64,000 bases of DNA, taken from an archaeon. GTDB taxonomy: Archaea > Nanobdellota > Nanobdellia > Woesearchaeales > GW2011-AR9. Below are positions 54,827 through 63,482 of this stretch, piece after piece. Below the pieces are notes generated by a model. It was not told where the DNA came from. It ran no database searches and saw nothing but the letters and a program-made list of their open reading frames with translations. The position numbers were made by a program, and so were the translations under genes. The DNA lies in contig JABHRS010000022.1 in the NCBI GenBank assembly GCA_018670085.1, positions 3,992-67,991 on the forward strand, in the 5' to 3' direction. The number at the start of each line of letters is the position of its first letter. Within the stretch, counting starts at the first letter, position 1.

Positions 54827-54829
54827 AAA

Positions 54830-55678
54830 ATGGGATTTAGTTTACCATTAAATAAAATTGTAACATATGTGATCATAGCGTTCGCGTTGATATTCACAGT
54901 TTTGTGGTTAATTGATCCTGATGGAGGAGTCTTATCAGGGTTAAAAGAGATCGTTATTGAAGACTTAGATGCAGGATTTGGAGTAGAAGAAGTGCTAGCG
55001 GACGAAGTTAGTATTTCAGCTGAGCATAAAAAAGAAATTGATTCTATGAGTGCAGCGTTTAAATCTATGTTAAGAGATGAATTAGCAGATAATTGTTTTC
55101 ACCATTTTAGTGGATTTACTTCGTTTGACAATCAAATAGAAATTATTATGGTTGAAGTTGGCGAAGACGTATCGGTTGAAATTAAAGGAGGCCCTGAAGC
55201 AAAGCAAGTATATGATAGGTATACAATTGAAGATATGGGCCTTTGTGTAGTTCAAGGAGATAATGGAGAAGATTCAAACTTTTATCATCGGTTTTTGAAA
55301 GATGATACCCTTGACCCAATTTTGTATCAAAACGAAGTGCCCTTTGATGTTACTGGACCGTACTTCAAAGAAGTTTCATCATTAATTATTTCATTTGATT
55401 CACCCTGGTTAGATGTCAATAAGAACAGGATTAATTTTGGAGAAGGTTATGTTGATTTTGATGGGGATGACTGGTTATTTTCTCCAGATAATAAAAATAT
55501 CTGCTTCTTTCCTACAACCCGTGGTGGGAATGTTTGTCAGGCAGGCACACAAACAGGTGGATTTATTGACAACGATTGTTTTGAAGATAAAAGTGGAGAC
55601 CTTTCATCAATTGTTGATGAAAGATATAAAACCACAATTCCATACAGAAGTCAACATGGATCGTTAAATAGTTGTTGA
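54830..55678 (+). CDS. N-terminally anchored extracellular protein in the pilin-like cluster
   Basis: MGFSLPLNKIVTYVIIAFALIFTVLWL. It has a hydrophobic N-terminal helix but no basic leader (an in-frame stop lies immediately upstream). 282 aa, several Cys. Confidence 0.65.
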   Translation: MGFSLPLNKIVTYVIIAFALIFTVLWLIDPDGGVLSGLKEIVIEDLDAGFGVEEVLADEVSISAEHKKEIDSMSAAFKSMLRDELADNCFHHFSGFTSFDNQIEIIMVEVGEDVSVEIKGGPEAKQVYDRYTIEDMGLCVVQGDNGEDSNFYHRFLKDDTLDPILYQNEVPFDVTGPYFKEVSSLIISFDSPWLDVNKNRINFGEGYVDFDGDDWLFSPDNKNICFFPTTRGGNVCQAGTQTGGFIDNDCFEDKSGDLSSIVDERYKTTIPYRSQHGSLNSC

Positions 55679-55712
55679 GTGAGTAGTAGATGATAATTTG
55701 AAAAAAGAGAAG

Positions 55713-56705
55713 ATGAAAATGAAATCTAATAAAAAAGCAGAGAAAAAACGTGGTCTTTTGAGCTATTTACCACAAGGGAAAAAAGCGATTGGAAACGCAG
55801 TAGTAATCTCTTTGATATTGACCTTATTATCCTTTGGACTTTTAGCAATAACGATTTCAAAAGCGATAGCCGAAGGAGATGATTTGGCGCTTGAAACTGC
55901 TTGTCGTCAAAGTATTAATATTCGCGCATCAACTGTACTTTGGGCAAAAAGTACATTTCTTGAAAAAGAAGCACAATTAAATTTGGTGCCGCCACTATGT
56001 ACAACAATCGATAAACGCTTGGAAGGAAGCAAAGAAGAAGTGATTGAAGAAATAGCAGATTTGTCTGCTAGATGTTGGTGGATGTTTGCAGAAGGAAGAT
56101 ATGATGAAATTCTGTCTGGTAATGAAGATAAAATTGGACAAATGATGGGAATGACCAAAGGAGAAAATGATTGTTTTATCTGTTATTCATTGCTGATGGA
56201 CGAAGATGATTTTGAGGGAGAAACAAGTATTCCTGGAAATGAGATCATGGATTTCATGTTTGAAAATGAATACGGAAAAGTAGGAGAAGGTGTAACCTAT
56301 TTTGATTATATACAAGAGTTTGGTGGTCCAGGGAGGTTCTACAGTTTAGCAACTTCAGAAAATGGGTCTGGGATAAATTCGGCAATTGAAGCTCGTAATG
56401 CTTATGCGATTGTATTTGCTGCAAAAAATTCAAAATTACCTCAGGATGACGATGTATTTCTTGGTATCGGCGCTGCAAAAATTGCAGTTGGACTTGGAGG
56501 CGCATTAGTTCTTGGCCTGGCAACAGGAGGGGTTGGATGGGTTACAGTTGGAGCACTTGGTGTTGCAACTTTAGTTACAGCATCAGGATATTCTAATGTT
56601 AAGGCGGTTTTGTATGATGGTGATAGGGACGTTAGTTCAATATATCTAGATAATTTACGTGAAGCACAAGCACATTGTCATGAAGGAGACTTAGGTGGAA
56701 ATTAA
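55713..56705 (+). CDS. class III signal peptide-like protein with additional C-terminal Gly-zipper membrane region
   Basis: The track ORF starts at TTG 55698; the first ATG is at 55713. N-terminus KKRGLLSYLPQGKKA-IGNAVVISLILTLLSFGLLAI is paralogous to the 50631 gene leader. C-terminal LGIGAAKIAVGLGGALVLGLATGGVGWVTVGALGVATLV. Confidence 0.6.
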   Translation: MKMKSNKKAEKKRGLLSYLPQGKKAIGNAVVISLILTLLSFGLLAITISKAIAEGDDLALETACRQSINIRASTVLWAKSTFLEKEAQLNLVPPLCTTIDKRLEGSKEEVIEEIADLSARCWWMFAEGRYDEILSGNEDKIGQMMGMTKGENDCFICYSLLMDEDDFEGETSIPGNEIMDFMFENEYGKVGEGVTYFDYIQEFGGPGRFYSLATSENGSGINSAIEARNAYAIVFAAKNSKLPQDDDVFLGIGAAKIAVGLGGALVLGLATGGVGWVTVGALGVATLVTASGYSNVKAVLYDGDRDVSSIYLDNLREAQAHCHEGDLGGN

Positions 56706-56706
56706 G

Positions 56707-57057
56707 ATGGCAGTTTACAAACTCAATAAAAATAAAAGACAAGAAAAAAGCTTAGTTAATTTTTTTAAGCGACCTTCTAAGAAGGCACAATCACAAATGT
56801 TTTGGATATTAATGGTTGCAATTATTGCAATCATTGCTGCAACCTTTATCATTCTCTGGTTTAGAAATAGTGGTGGTGCAGCTTTTGGAAGTTTAGATAC
56901 TACTATTGATAAATTCGGAGATTGTGATAATGATGATATAGCTAATTATTTTGATGATTGTCCATGTGAAGTTGGAGTTGCCGAGTTTGATGGGTGCGCG
57001 GATGCTAACAAAGTGGATGAATGCACGGAAGATCAGATAAAAAAATGCGCAGAGTAA
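56707..57057 (+). CDS. mini pilin-like protein, Cys-rich (116 aa)
   Basis: The ATG at 56707 is preceded by GGTGG. ...RPSKKA-QSQMFWILMVAIIAIIAATFIILWF (QSxMFWI shared with the 54213 gene). The acidic ectodomain has 6 Cys. Confidence 0.7.
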   Translation: MAVYKLNKNKRQEKSLVNFFKRPSKKAQSQMFWILMVAIIAIIAATFIILWFRNSGGAAFGSLDTTIDKFGDCDNDDIANYFDDCPCEVGVAEFDGCADANKVDECTEDQIKKCAE

Positions 57058-57082
57058 GTTAACTTATTTTTTGGTGAATTTA

Positions 57083-57913
57083 ATGGTAGGGATCTCAAGT
57101 AAGAAAAAAGGACAAATCATGACAGCGTTTTTGGTTAAAATGATTCTTGCACTTATGCTTCTTCTTGCTTCAACTGCGATGATTGGGTCAATATTTTCAA
57201 TTTTATTGGATCAGTCAGGAGAAAATTTTGCTGATTTTACTAGTGATTTGGAATTTGTAGGCATGCACGATCCAGGTTACAAATTAAGTAGTTTGTTAAT
57301 TTTAGATGAAGGGTCAGCATTAGTTTATTTTGAAGGAGAAGATTCAGTGACATTAAGATCTGACTATCTGGTTGAAGTAGATTCTTTTGGTGAGCAACTT
57401 GGGTCTAATAATTTTGAATTTTTAAGACCTGGTGGATGTTCTGAATTCTCAAGTGAAGGTTGTATCTGTTTATACCAAAATATCATCACAGAAATTGTAG
57501 ACACAGAACGAAAATCAAGCGCATTAGCGTTATTTGTAGGCGAAGCAGAATTTCACACTTATTATTCTGCAACTTCCTCTTCAATTAGATGCAGTGCTAG
57601 CGATGTTGGTTCAATGTCAATTACAAGTTGTAATTTAGGAACCGCTAACGAAAAAACAAAGAGTATTGAACAAAGCTGTGAAAATGGTTTTGTGATTGAA
57701 AGAAATATTTTGGGTTCAGATGTAGCAACCATGTTATTTAATGAAAGAAGGAGATCAGTTTTTTTAGAATCTAATGACAATGGATTATATGTTGAAGCAC
57801 AGAACGCATATAATGGCCCATCTCCATTGGATGCAAAAGAGATTGACGCTGAAGAATCCCTTCCTGAAGAAGTACAAGATTTGTACGCAGAAGCTTCATG
57901 GGGAGGACCTTAA
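57083..57913 (+). CDS. class III signal peptide (type IV pilin-like) protein
   Basis: MVGISSKKKG-QIMTAFLVKMILALMLLLAS. The KKGQI start closely resembles Methanococcus-type pilin leaders. Confidence 0.7.
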   Translation: MVGISSKKKGQIMTAFLVKMILALMLLLASTAMIGSIFSILLDQSGENFADFTSDLEFVGMHDPGYKLSSLLILDEGSALVYFEGEDSVTLRSDYLVEVDSFGEQLGSNNFEFLRPGGCSEFSSEGCICLYQNIITEIVDTERKSSALALFVGEAEFHTYYSATSSSIRCSASDVGSMSITSCNLGTANEKTKSIEQSCENGFVIERNILGSDVATMLFNERRRSVFLESNDNGLYVEAQNAYNGPSPLDAKEIDAEESLPEEVQDLYAEASWGGP

Positions 57914-57915
57914 TT

Positions 57916-58347
57916 ATGACATTTAGGGGAAGTCTATTTTTATCAAAAAAAGCACAACTAGGAATTGTTTTCTTAATGGGGGCTTTAGCATTACTTGCTA
58001 TTGTAAGTTTGATTTTTTCGATAGCACAAAAAACTGGAGATTCTGAAGAAGTTGTGAAAGCAGTATTTGCTGAAGAAGTAAGGCTTGCTTTGAATTCTTT
58101 GATCAGTGTGCCAGGCGATGGGTTAATTCAGTTACCGCAAAATGAAGACTATAACATTACTGAGTTTACTGTTTCATTGCATAATGGATATGTAGAAGTC
58201 TGCAGTAGTTGTGAAATAGATTATTTCACTGCAAGAAAAGGTTTCCATTTGCCGGAAGATTATGAAGCAAGAGGAACAGTTAAAGAACAAGAAATTATCT
58301 GTTTGGTGAAAGATGCTAAAGTTTTACGGTTAGAGGACTGCGATTAA
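57916..58347 (+). CDS. class III signal peptide (type IV pilin-like) protein
   Basis: The ATG at 57916 is preceded by GGAGG. MTFRGSLFLSKKA-QLGIVFLMGALALLAIVSLIFS. Confidence 0.7.
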   Translation: MTFRGSLFLSKKAQLGIVFLMGALALLAIVSLIFSIAQKTGDSEEVVKAVFAEEVRLALNSLISVPGDGLIQLPQNEDYNITEFTVSLHNGYVEVCSSCEIDYFTARKGFHLPEDYEARGTVKEQEIICLVKDAKVLRLEDCD

Positions 58348-58348
58348 G

Positions 58349-58855
58349 ATGGCGCCCTCAAGTTTTCGATTGTTTAAGCTTAACAAAAAAGGAGAAGCTA
58401 ATGATGCTAACATTCCTGCTGTTATGCTCTACTACATGATGGCCTCATTTATTATTGTAATATTAATTTTTGGGTTTGCATCAATTTTAACAGGATGGCA
58501 AAATCAGGTGTCGGAATTTCCAGATGAACTTAAAGGAGAAATAATAGCTTTAAGATTTTCACAAAGTGTTGATTGTTTTGCCTATTCAGATCCAGTTTCA
58601 GGTAAGGTGTACCCAGGAGTAATCGATTTAGAGAAATTTAAAGATAGCAGAATGGATACATGCTATTTTACTGGAGTTGATGGGCAGGATTTTTTTCAAT
58701 TCGAATTATCTCTTCCAGAGTATAAAAAAACGGTTGAAACAGATAATAATTATAGAAATCTGATTGATCATACGATTGAGAAACAAATATTAGTTTACGA
58801 TGAAGGGAAATTTGTACCGACAAAATTATTTATTTATGTACAAACAAGAATATGA
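58349..58855 (+). CDS. class III signal peptide-like protein
   Basis: ...KLNKKG-EANDANIPAVMLYYMMASFIIVILIFGF. The start lies 1 nt after the previous stop. Confidence 0.6.
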   Translation: MAPSSFRLFKLNKKGEANDANIPAVMLYYMMASFIIVILIFGFASILTGWQNQVSEFPDELKGEIIALRFSQSVDCFAYSDPVSGKVYPGVIDLEKFKDSRMDTCYFTGVDGQDFFQFELSLPEYKKTVETDNNYRNLIDHTIEKQILVYDEGKFVPTKLFIYVQTRI

Positions 58856-58874
58856 TTAAAATTCAACTGATACA

Positions 58875-59456
58875 ATGAAACTAAAAATATTCAATTCAAA
58901 GAAGGCTGCCGTTGGGAAGGCAATGGATCTGATTTTGTTAATACTATTTAGTGTAGCTGGATTTTTATTAGTGAATACCTTTTTTTTACAAGCAGCAGAA
59001 GGCGGAGTGGAAGGATTAACTACTAATGCCTATGAAATTAAATCAAGTAATGAAGCATTGTCAATTTTAATGGCGCCGATAAGTGTTGATTCAGGTACTG
59101 ACTCAAGACTAGAGGTCCCTTTGTACCAAATACTCGCAAGCGGTAAGGAATCATACAGTTACCGCACAGAGATCATAGCACTATTTGATGAATTGTATGG
59201 AGAAGATTTGTGGTCAATTAGAATTTGTAGTGATGATATTTGTAAATTAGATATGCATACAGCAGGGGATGGCTGTTATGATAGTAGTTGCCAAGTAAAT
59301 AATATTATTCAATCATACAATGCTTATGTGTATGACAGTTTGGATTCAAGATCTACTAGTTTAGATTATATCACAGGGAAAGAAATAATTCCATTAATCA
59401 ATTTGGATGGAGAAGAAATTTATCTTCACATAGTTTTTGTTGGGAGCGTGATTTGA
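58875..59456 (+). CDS. class III signal peptide-like protein
   Basis: MKLKIFNSKKA-AVGKAMDLILLILFSVAGFLLVNTFF. Confidence 0.6.
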   Translation: MKLKIFNSKKAAVGKAMDLILLILFSVAGFLLVNTFFLQAAEGGVEGLTTNAYEIKSSNEALSILMAPISVDSGTDSRLEVPLYQILASGKESYSYRTEIIALFDELYGEDLWSIRICSDDICKLDMHTAGDGCYDSSCQVNNIIQSYNAYVYDSLDSRSTSLDYITGKEIIPLINLDGEEIYLHIVFVGSVI

Positions 59457-60728
59457 ATGGTGAATAGAAAAAAACTTGGAAAGAAAGGAGAAGTTTTGCA
59501 CTATTTGCCATTAATTATGATGTTAGCATTAGGGATATACTTAATGTTCTTTATCTCATCAAACACTAAAGAAGCAATTGAAGAAAAAGGAGTTGCCAGT
59601 TTAGAATTTTTAGAATTATTTAGAGAAGTACAAAAGAGACAGTTACAAATCGAATATACAGGACAAAAAGTTGCAATTGCTACACTCAATGATTACTTGT
59701 CTGGAAAAGTTTCGGGAGATTGCGGCGAGATGGATGGAGTTAGGTTGTTAATTGGGCAAGAAGATTATTGCAGATTAACAGTTGATGAGTTTGTAGAAAC
59801 TTTTGGAGTAAATTACAGCCTTGCTTACAACGAATTGTATCCAACTGAAAACATAGTTACTAGTTTTATTGGAAAAGACGAGAATAAAGTTACAATGAAT
59901 AAATCCTTGTTCATCAAAGCTCCTGAACAAGATTATATCTTTTCTTATGGTGGAATGAGTGGAGATAATATCTTACATGGAATTGCAAGTAAAAAAAATG
60001 AGTACATGAACGAAGGTGTTTTGGCAAGTTACTCCATTGAACCATCTTTTGATATTCGGCTAGATTTGGAACTTGAGGATAATTTCAGTAAATTGTTTAG
60101 TGATAGTATTTCCCTTGTATCAGCTTGCGCAAATTCATTGGTTTTACAAGATTGTTTAGACCAAGAAGTAATTGGAAACTCAGATTATTCTGAATGGGAG
60201 TATGGTGTTTGTGAATTTCAAGGATATAACGAAAAAAATAGAGTTGCGACATTTTGCGTTGAAAGTGAGATGCAGGTGTTCAATTCCGGAATTGTTGAAA
60301 CTTTGAAATATTCATTTGCGCTTGATTTTACGCCATTTGAATCATTTGTAGTTGAGAATTTACAAGTAAGTTATGATCCGTTAGATCCGCTACTAGGTTA
60401 TGATTTGTGGTTTGATGCACAGGACACTGCTAGCTCATATAAAATTTATATCACAGATTACGCGATTCCTGACTTTATCGGATCAGCAGATGAATTCGAG
60501 TTGCAGCGAATTAATAGCGACACTTTCGAATTTGTAGAAATCTCTGTTGACAGTTTAGATGCTAATTGTCCTGAACCACCTGTAGTTGAAGTTGGGTATA
60601 GCTGTGCAGACCAGGTTCGTTATGTATATCCATTGGATGCCTTGATTAGTGGAGAAACATATTATTTTGCCGTTACAAGTTTAATAGGAGATAAAGAATC
60701 ACAGATTAGTGGTTTTGAGACTAATTGA
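59457..60728 (+). CDS. class III signal peptide-like protein, 423 aa (last gene of the cluster)
   Basis: MVNRKKLGKKG-EVLHYLPLIMMLALGIYLMFF. The start immediately follows the previous stop (TGAATG). Confidence 0.65.
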   Translation: MVNRKKLGKKGEVLHYLPLIMMLALGIYLMFFISSNTKEAIEEKGVASLEFLELFREVQKRQLQIEYTGQKVAIATLNDYLSGKVSGDCGEMDGVRLLIGQEDYCRLTVDEFVETFGVNYSLAYNELYPTENIVTSFIGKDENKVTMNKSLFIKAPEQDYIFSYGGMSGDNILHGIASKKNEYMNEGVLASYSIEPSFDIRLDLELEDNFSKLFSDSISLVSACANSLVLQDCLDQEVIGNSDYSEWEYGVCEFQGYNEKNRVATFCVESEMQVFNSGIVETLKYSFALDFTPFESFVVENLQVSYDPLDPLLGYDLWFDAQDTASSYKIYITDYAIPDFIGSADEFELQRINSDTFEFVEISVDSLDANCPEPPVVEVGYSCADQVRYVYPLDALISGETYYFAVTSLIGDKESQISGFETN

Positions 60729-60752
60729 TTAATGATCAGTTGATTAAAAGTT

Positions 60753-60780
60753 ATGAATTATGAATTATGATTATTTTTTT
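60753..60780 (+). terminator. 7-mer tandem repeat plus T7 run after the cluster
   Basis: ATGAATT ATGAATT ATGATTA (60753-60773) followed by TTTTTTT (60774-60780), between convergent gene ends. Oligo-T is the usual archaeal termination signal. Confidence 0.3.
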
Positions 60781-60783
60781 CTT

Positions 60784-61425
60784 CTACTTTTTCTTGATTT
60801 TAACAATGATTGTAATTAAAACGAAAGTCAATACTACTCCCATTATAATCAAGTAGGTAAATTTGTTTGATTTTTTTGTATCATCTGTGTCAGGTGTTTC
60901 AATTTGATCAAGGAGAAAATCTTCTGAAGTAGTAGTAGTAGTAGTATCCTCAGACTCTGATAACTCCGCCATGATTGAATCTGTTTGGATGAAAGAAGAG
61001 ATATCAATAGTTAGTTTTTTGTTGAGGCTTAAGTCGTAGATATTTATTGTTTCTGCCTTTTCGAAGTAAGGCAAATAAACTGTCTGAGTAGATTCATTGA
61101 GAATGATGGTCCCGCCACCATTAATTTGCCCATCCTCATTTGCAGTTTCATAAAACAATTCCGTTGGGATATCAAATGAAGAAATATTTAACAAATCTCC
61201 ATCGGCTGAGAGTATTTCTGTTAAGTATTGGCCTTGGGTGTTAGTAATATCTTTTGGACTTGGTTCTACTGAAATTGTGGAGTATGAAAGCTCTTCGAAA
61301 CTGTATTGAATTTCAATTTTGTAATAATGATCAGTGTCAGCTGAAGCAAATGTTGCAGTAATAGTAATAAAAGTAATTAGTAGTAAAATAAATATATTCA
61401 TTTTTTGGAAATTAATTGATTTCAT
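60784..61425 (-). CDS. secreted, C-terminally anchored hypothetical protein
   Basis: Signal peptide MNIFILLLITFITITATFASA, a beta-rich ectodomain, a Thr-rich linker (TTTTTS), and a C-terminal TM plus KIKKK. Confidence 0.65.
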   Translation of the reverse strand: MKSINFQKMNIFILLLITFITITATFASADTDHYYKIEIQYSFEELSYSTISVEPSPKDITNTQGQYLTEILSADGDLLNISSFDIPTELFYETANEDGQINGGGTIILNESTQTVYLPYFEKAETINIYDLSLNKKLTIDISSFIQTDSIMAELSESEDTTTTTTSEDFLLDQIETPDTDDTKKSNKFTYLIIMGVVLTFVLITIIVKIKKK

Positions 61426-63482
61426 TAAGGGGCACCTACTATTTTTTTATGATCTTCTGTTGTAATGAATCCATGCTCCCATAATAAATTTATCTTTTGT
61501 TCATACCTTGGATCGTATTGCTTGCTATCTGGGTTAATTAAGGGAGCGAAGAAATCGTAATCTTTATCTGCAATTGGTTCAACAAATGTAGCAATATCTT
61601 CGCCAACTTTAGTACAACCATATGCCCTGGTACAACCATTTTTTGGGCCATCAGAGTCATCATCCCATAAGACATTACTAGTTGAAGAGATCCCTTCACC
61701 ATATATATCTCCAGCAATTTCTTCCCACTCGTCAATAAAAGTGTTTTCACCATGGATTATTTTATCGCGGATCCCAGCAAATTCTTCCTTTTCTTCATCA
61801 GTTAATTCTGTAACTTCCTCATTGAACATAAATGTTGTCCACTCATCGCCATATTTTTCTTGCAGATCATATTTGTTTTTTAACTCAAGGCCTAAAACTC
61901 CTAATTTCATTAGATTTTCTTGCCCATTTGATTCATCGTTAAATGTACCAACATAAGTGTGGACAGCTTCATGATATAACGTGTTTGGGTCAACATCCGC
62001 TGAAAGAGTAATTACTCCACCCAACGCACAGCCCACCGCGTTAGGACTACCACAGGATGCCCCAATATCTTTTTCTGACACTATAATAACTCCATTGACA
62101 CTATTTTTCACAGCAGTAGGGAGCTGATCTAATTCTTGAGAAAAGATATACAGCGAAACTGCATCAACAGATTCAATTGATTCAATTTTAGTTGATTCCC
62201 TTATCCTAGTTGATGCCATATCAAAAACAACTTTATTTGTCGCTAAATTTTCGGTACATTCAACACATTCAAAAATCTCAGACGGACTATTGGAGGGAAG
62301 AGTATAAGTTTGATCAGAGTTATCAAAAATTATTTGGTGAGGTGAAGAATCTGTTCCTAAGAGATTGTTTTCTTCTTGGTCATATAATTGTAATGTAAAC
62401 GGAACACTTCCGCTTGATCCAAACCCATATGTTTTTATCTTAGATTCTTCGACATATACATTTGATTTTCCATTTCTTACATCACCATTACCAAACATTT
62501 TGACAATTGGAATTAAATCGTTCTCTCTTTGAGAGATTTGAATGGATGCAGAATTTTTCACATCGAATTCTAGGCGATCATTTTCTTCAAATGTTAAAAA
62601 TGGGTTTTCTTCTTGGAATTTAAGTACACCTGCATTTGCTGCAAGTAAAGTTCCAGATTCTTGATCCATTGAAATATATGATCCTAGGTGTTCTTCGCCA
62701 TCAAAATAAACATTCACATCAGAGCTTCTTGAATACACTTGAACTCCATTTATTTTTGTTGAGAAGTCATCTTTTTTAATTATCATTTGTCCATCTTTGA
62801 ATTGGATAACTCCACTGATTGTGTTTTGATCAATAATAACTTCTCTTGGTTCTTTATCAAAAGAAAATGACCCGTCTGCGTTAGCTGCGTATGTTTCAGG
62901 GGCAATCATAAGGGTGACATCATCACCTTCAGGGATTTCTAATTCAGTGGAGCGCGTAGGAAAATTGATTCTTATCTGGTCTTTTTCTACAGTAAATTTA
63001 GTTCCAGTTGGATAAACTCCTGGAATTGTTACGGAATCACCATTGCCGTGTGTAATTCCGGTTTCTGAATAGCTGCTTTTGGTTTTTTCGTGGAAATCGA
63101 TCTGACAAGAAACACAACCTTTGTCAGCTAGATATTTATCACTATCAATTGCATCATGATCTAAATTTTTGTGATCATAATCCACCTCATTGTAATCTAA
63201 ATTAACATAAGCGTCCCAAGGTAATTTTTTGTAAAAATCATCATTTGAATATAAATCAGAATTTGAGTAGTCAATTTTTTCCCAATCTACATTTTTCCAA
63301 TCCCATTGACTAGGGTCAGAATTTGAGTAGAAATCAGTATCTTGGTAATTCGATTTATCTGCGTAATCAAAAACAGGATCTTCTGCGTGGGAAATTACAG
63401 TTAAAACTAACATGATTATTAAAAAAGTACTAATCACAGTTAATTTTTTATTCAAGGGATTCGTCCTCTTCAACTTCTTCAT
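61425..63482 (-). CDS. large secreted protein with HExxH (zincin-like) motif
   Basis: The track ORF extends to 63518. The ATG at 63482 gives MKKLKRTNPLNKKLTVISTFLIIMLVLTVISHA. TLYHEAVHTYVG sits about 190 aa from the C-terminus. The stop overlaps the next start by 1 nt. Confidence 0.7.
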   Translation of the reverse strand: MKKLKRTNPLNKKLTVISTFLIIMLVLTVISHAEDPVFDYADKSNYQDTDFYSNSDPSQWDWKNVDWEKIDYSNSDLYSNDDFYKKLPWDAYVNLDYNEVDYDHKNLDHDAIDSDKYLADKGCVSCQIDFHEKTKSSYSETGITHGNGDSVTIPGVYPTGTKFTVEKDQIRINFPTRSTELEIPEGDDVTLMIAPETYAANADGSFSFDKEPREVIIDQNTISGVIQFKDGQMIIKKDDFSTKINGVQVYSRSSDVNVYFDGEEHLGSYISMDQESGTLLAANAGVLKFQEENPFLTFEENDRLEFDVKNSASIQISQRENDLIPIVKMFGNGDVRNGKSNVYVEESKIKTYGFGSSGSVPFTLQLYDQEENNLLGTDSSPHQIIFDNSDQTYTLPSNSPSEIFECVECTENLATNKVVFDMASTRIRESTKIESIESVDAVSLYIFSQELDQLPTAVKNSVNGVIIVSEKDIGASCGSPNAVGCALGGVITLSADVDPNTLYHEAVHTYVGTFNDESNGQENLMKLGVLGLELKNKYDLQEKYGDEWTTFMFNEEVTELTDEEKEEFAGIRDKIIHGENTFIDEWEEIAGDIYGEGISSTSNVLWDDDSDGPKNGCTRAYGCTKVGEDIATFVEPIADKDYDFFAPLINPDSKQYDPRYEQKINLLWEHGFITTEDHKKIVGAP

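Noticed and set aside
50631-60728. Integrated virus or provirus as an explanation for the run of small membrane-anchored proteins
   Set aside because: No integrase, capsid-like, packaging ATPase or replication gene is present, and no flanking repeats or tRNA-adjacent att sites. The N-termini fit prepilin signals rather than generic viral membrane proteins. This cannot be fully excluded without structure searches.
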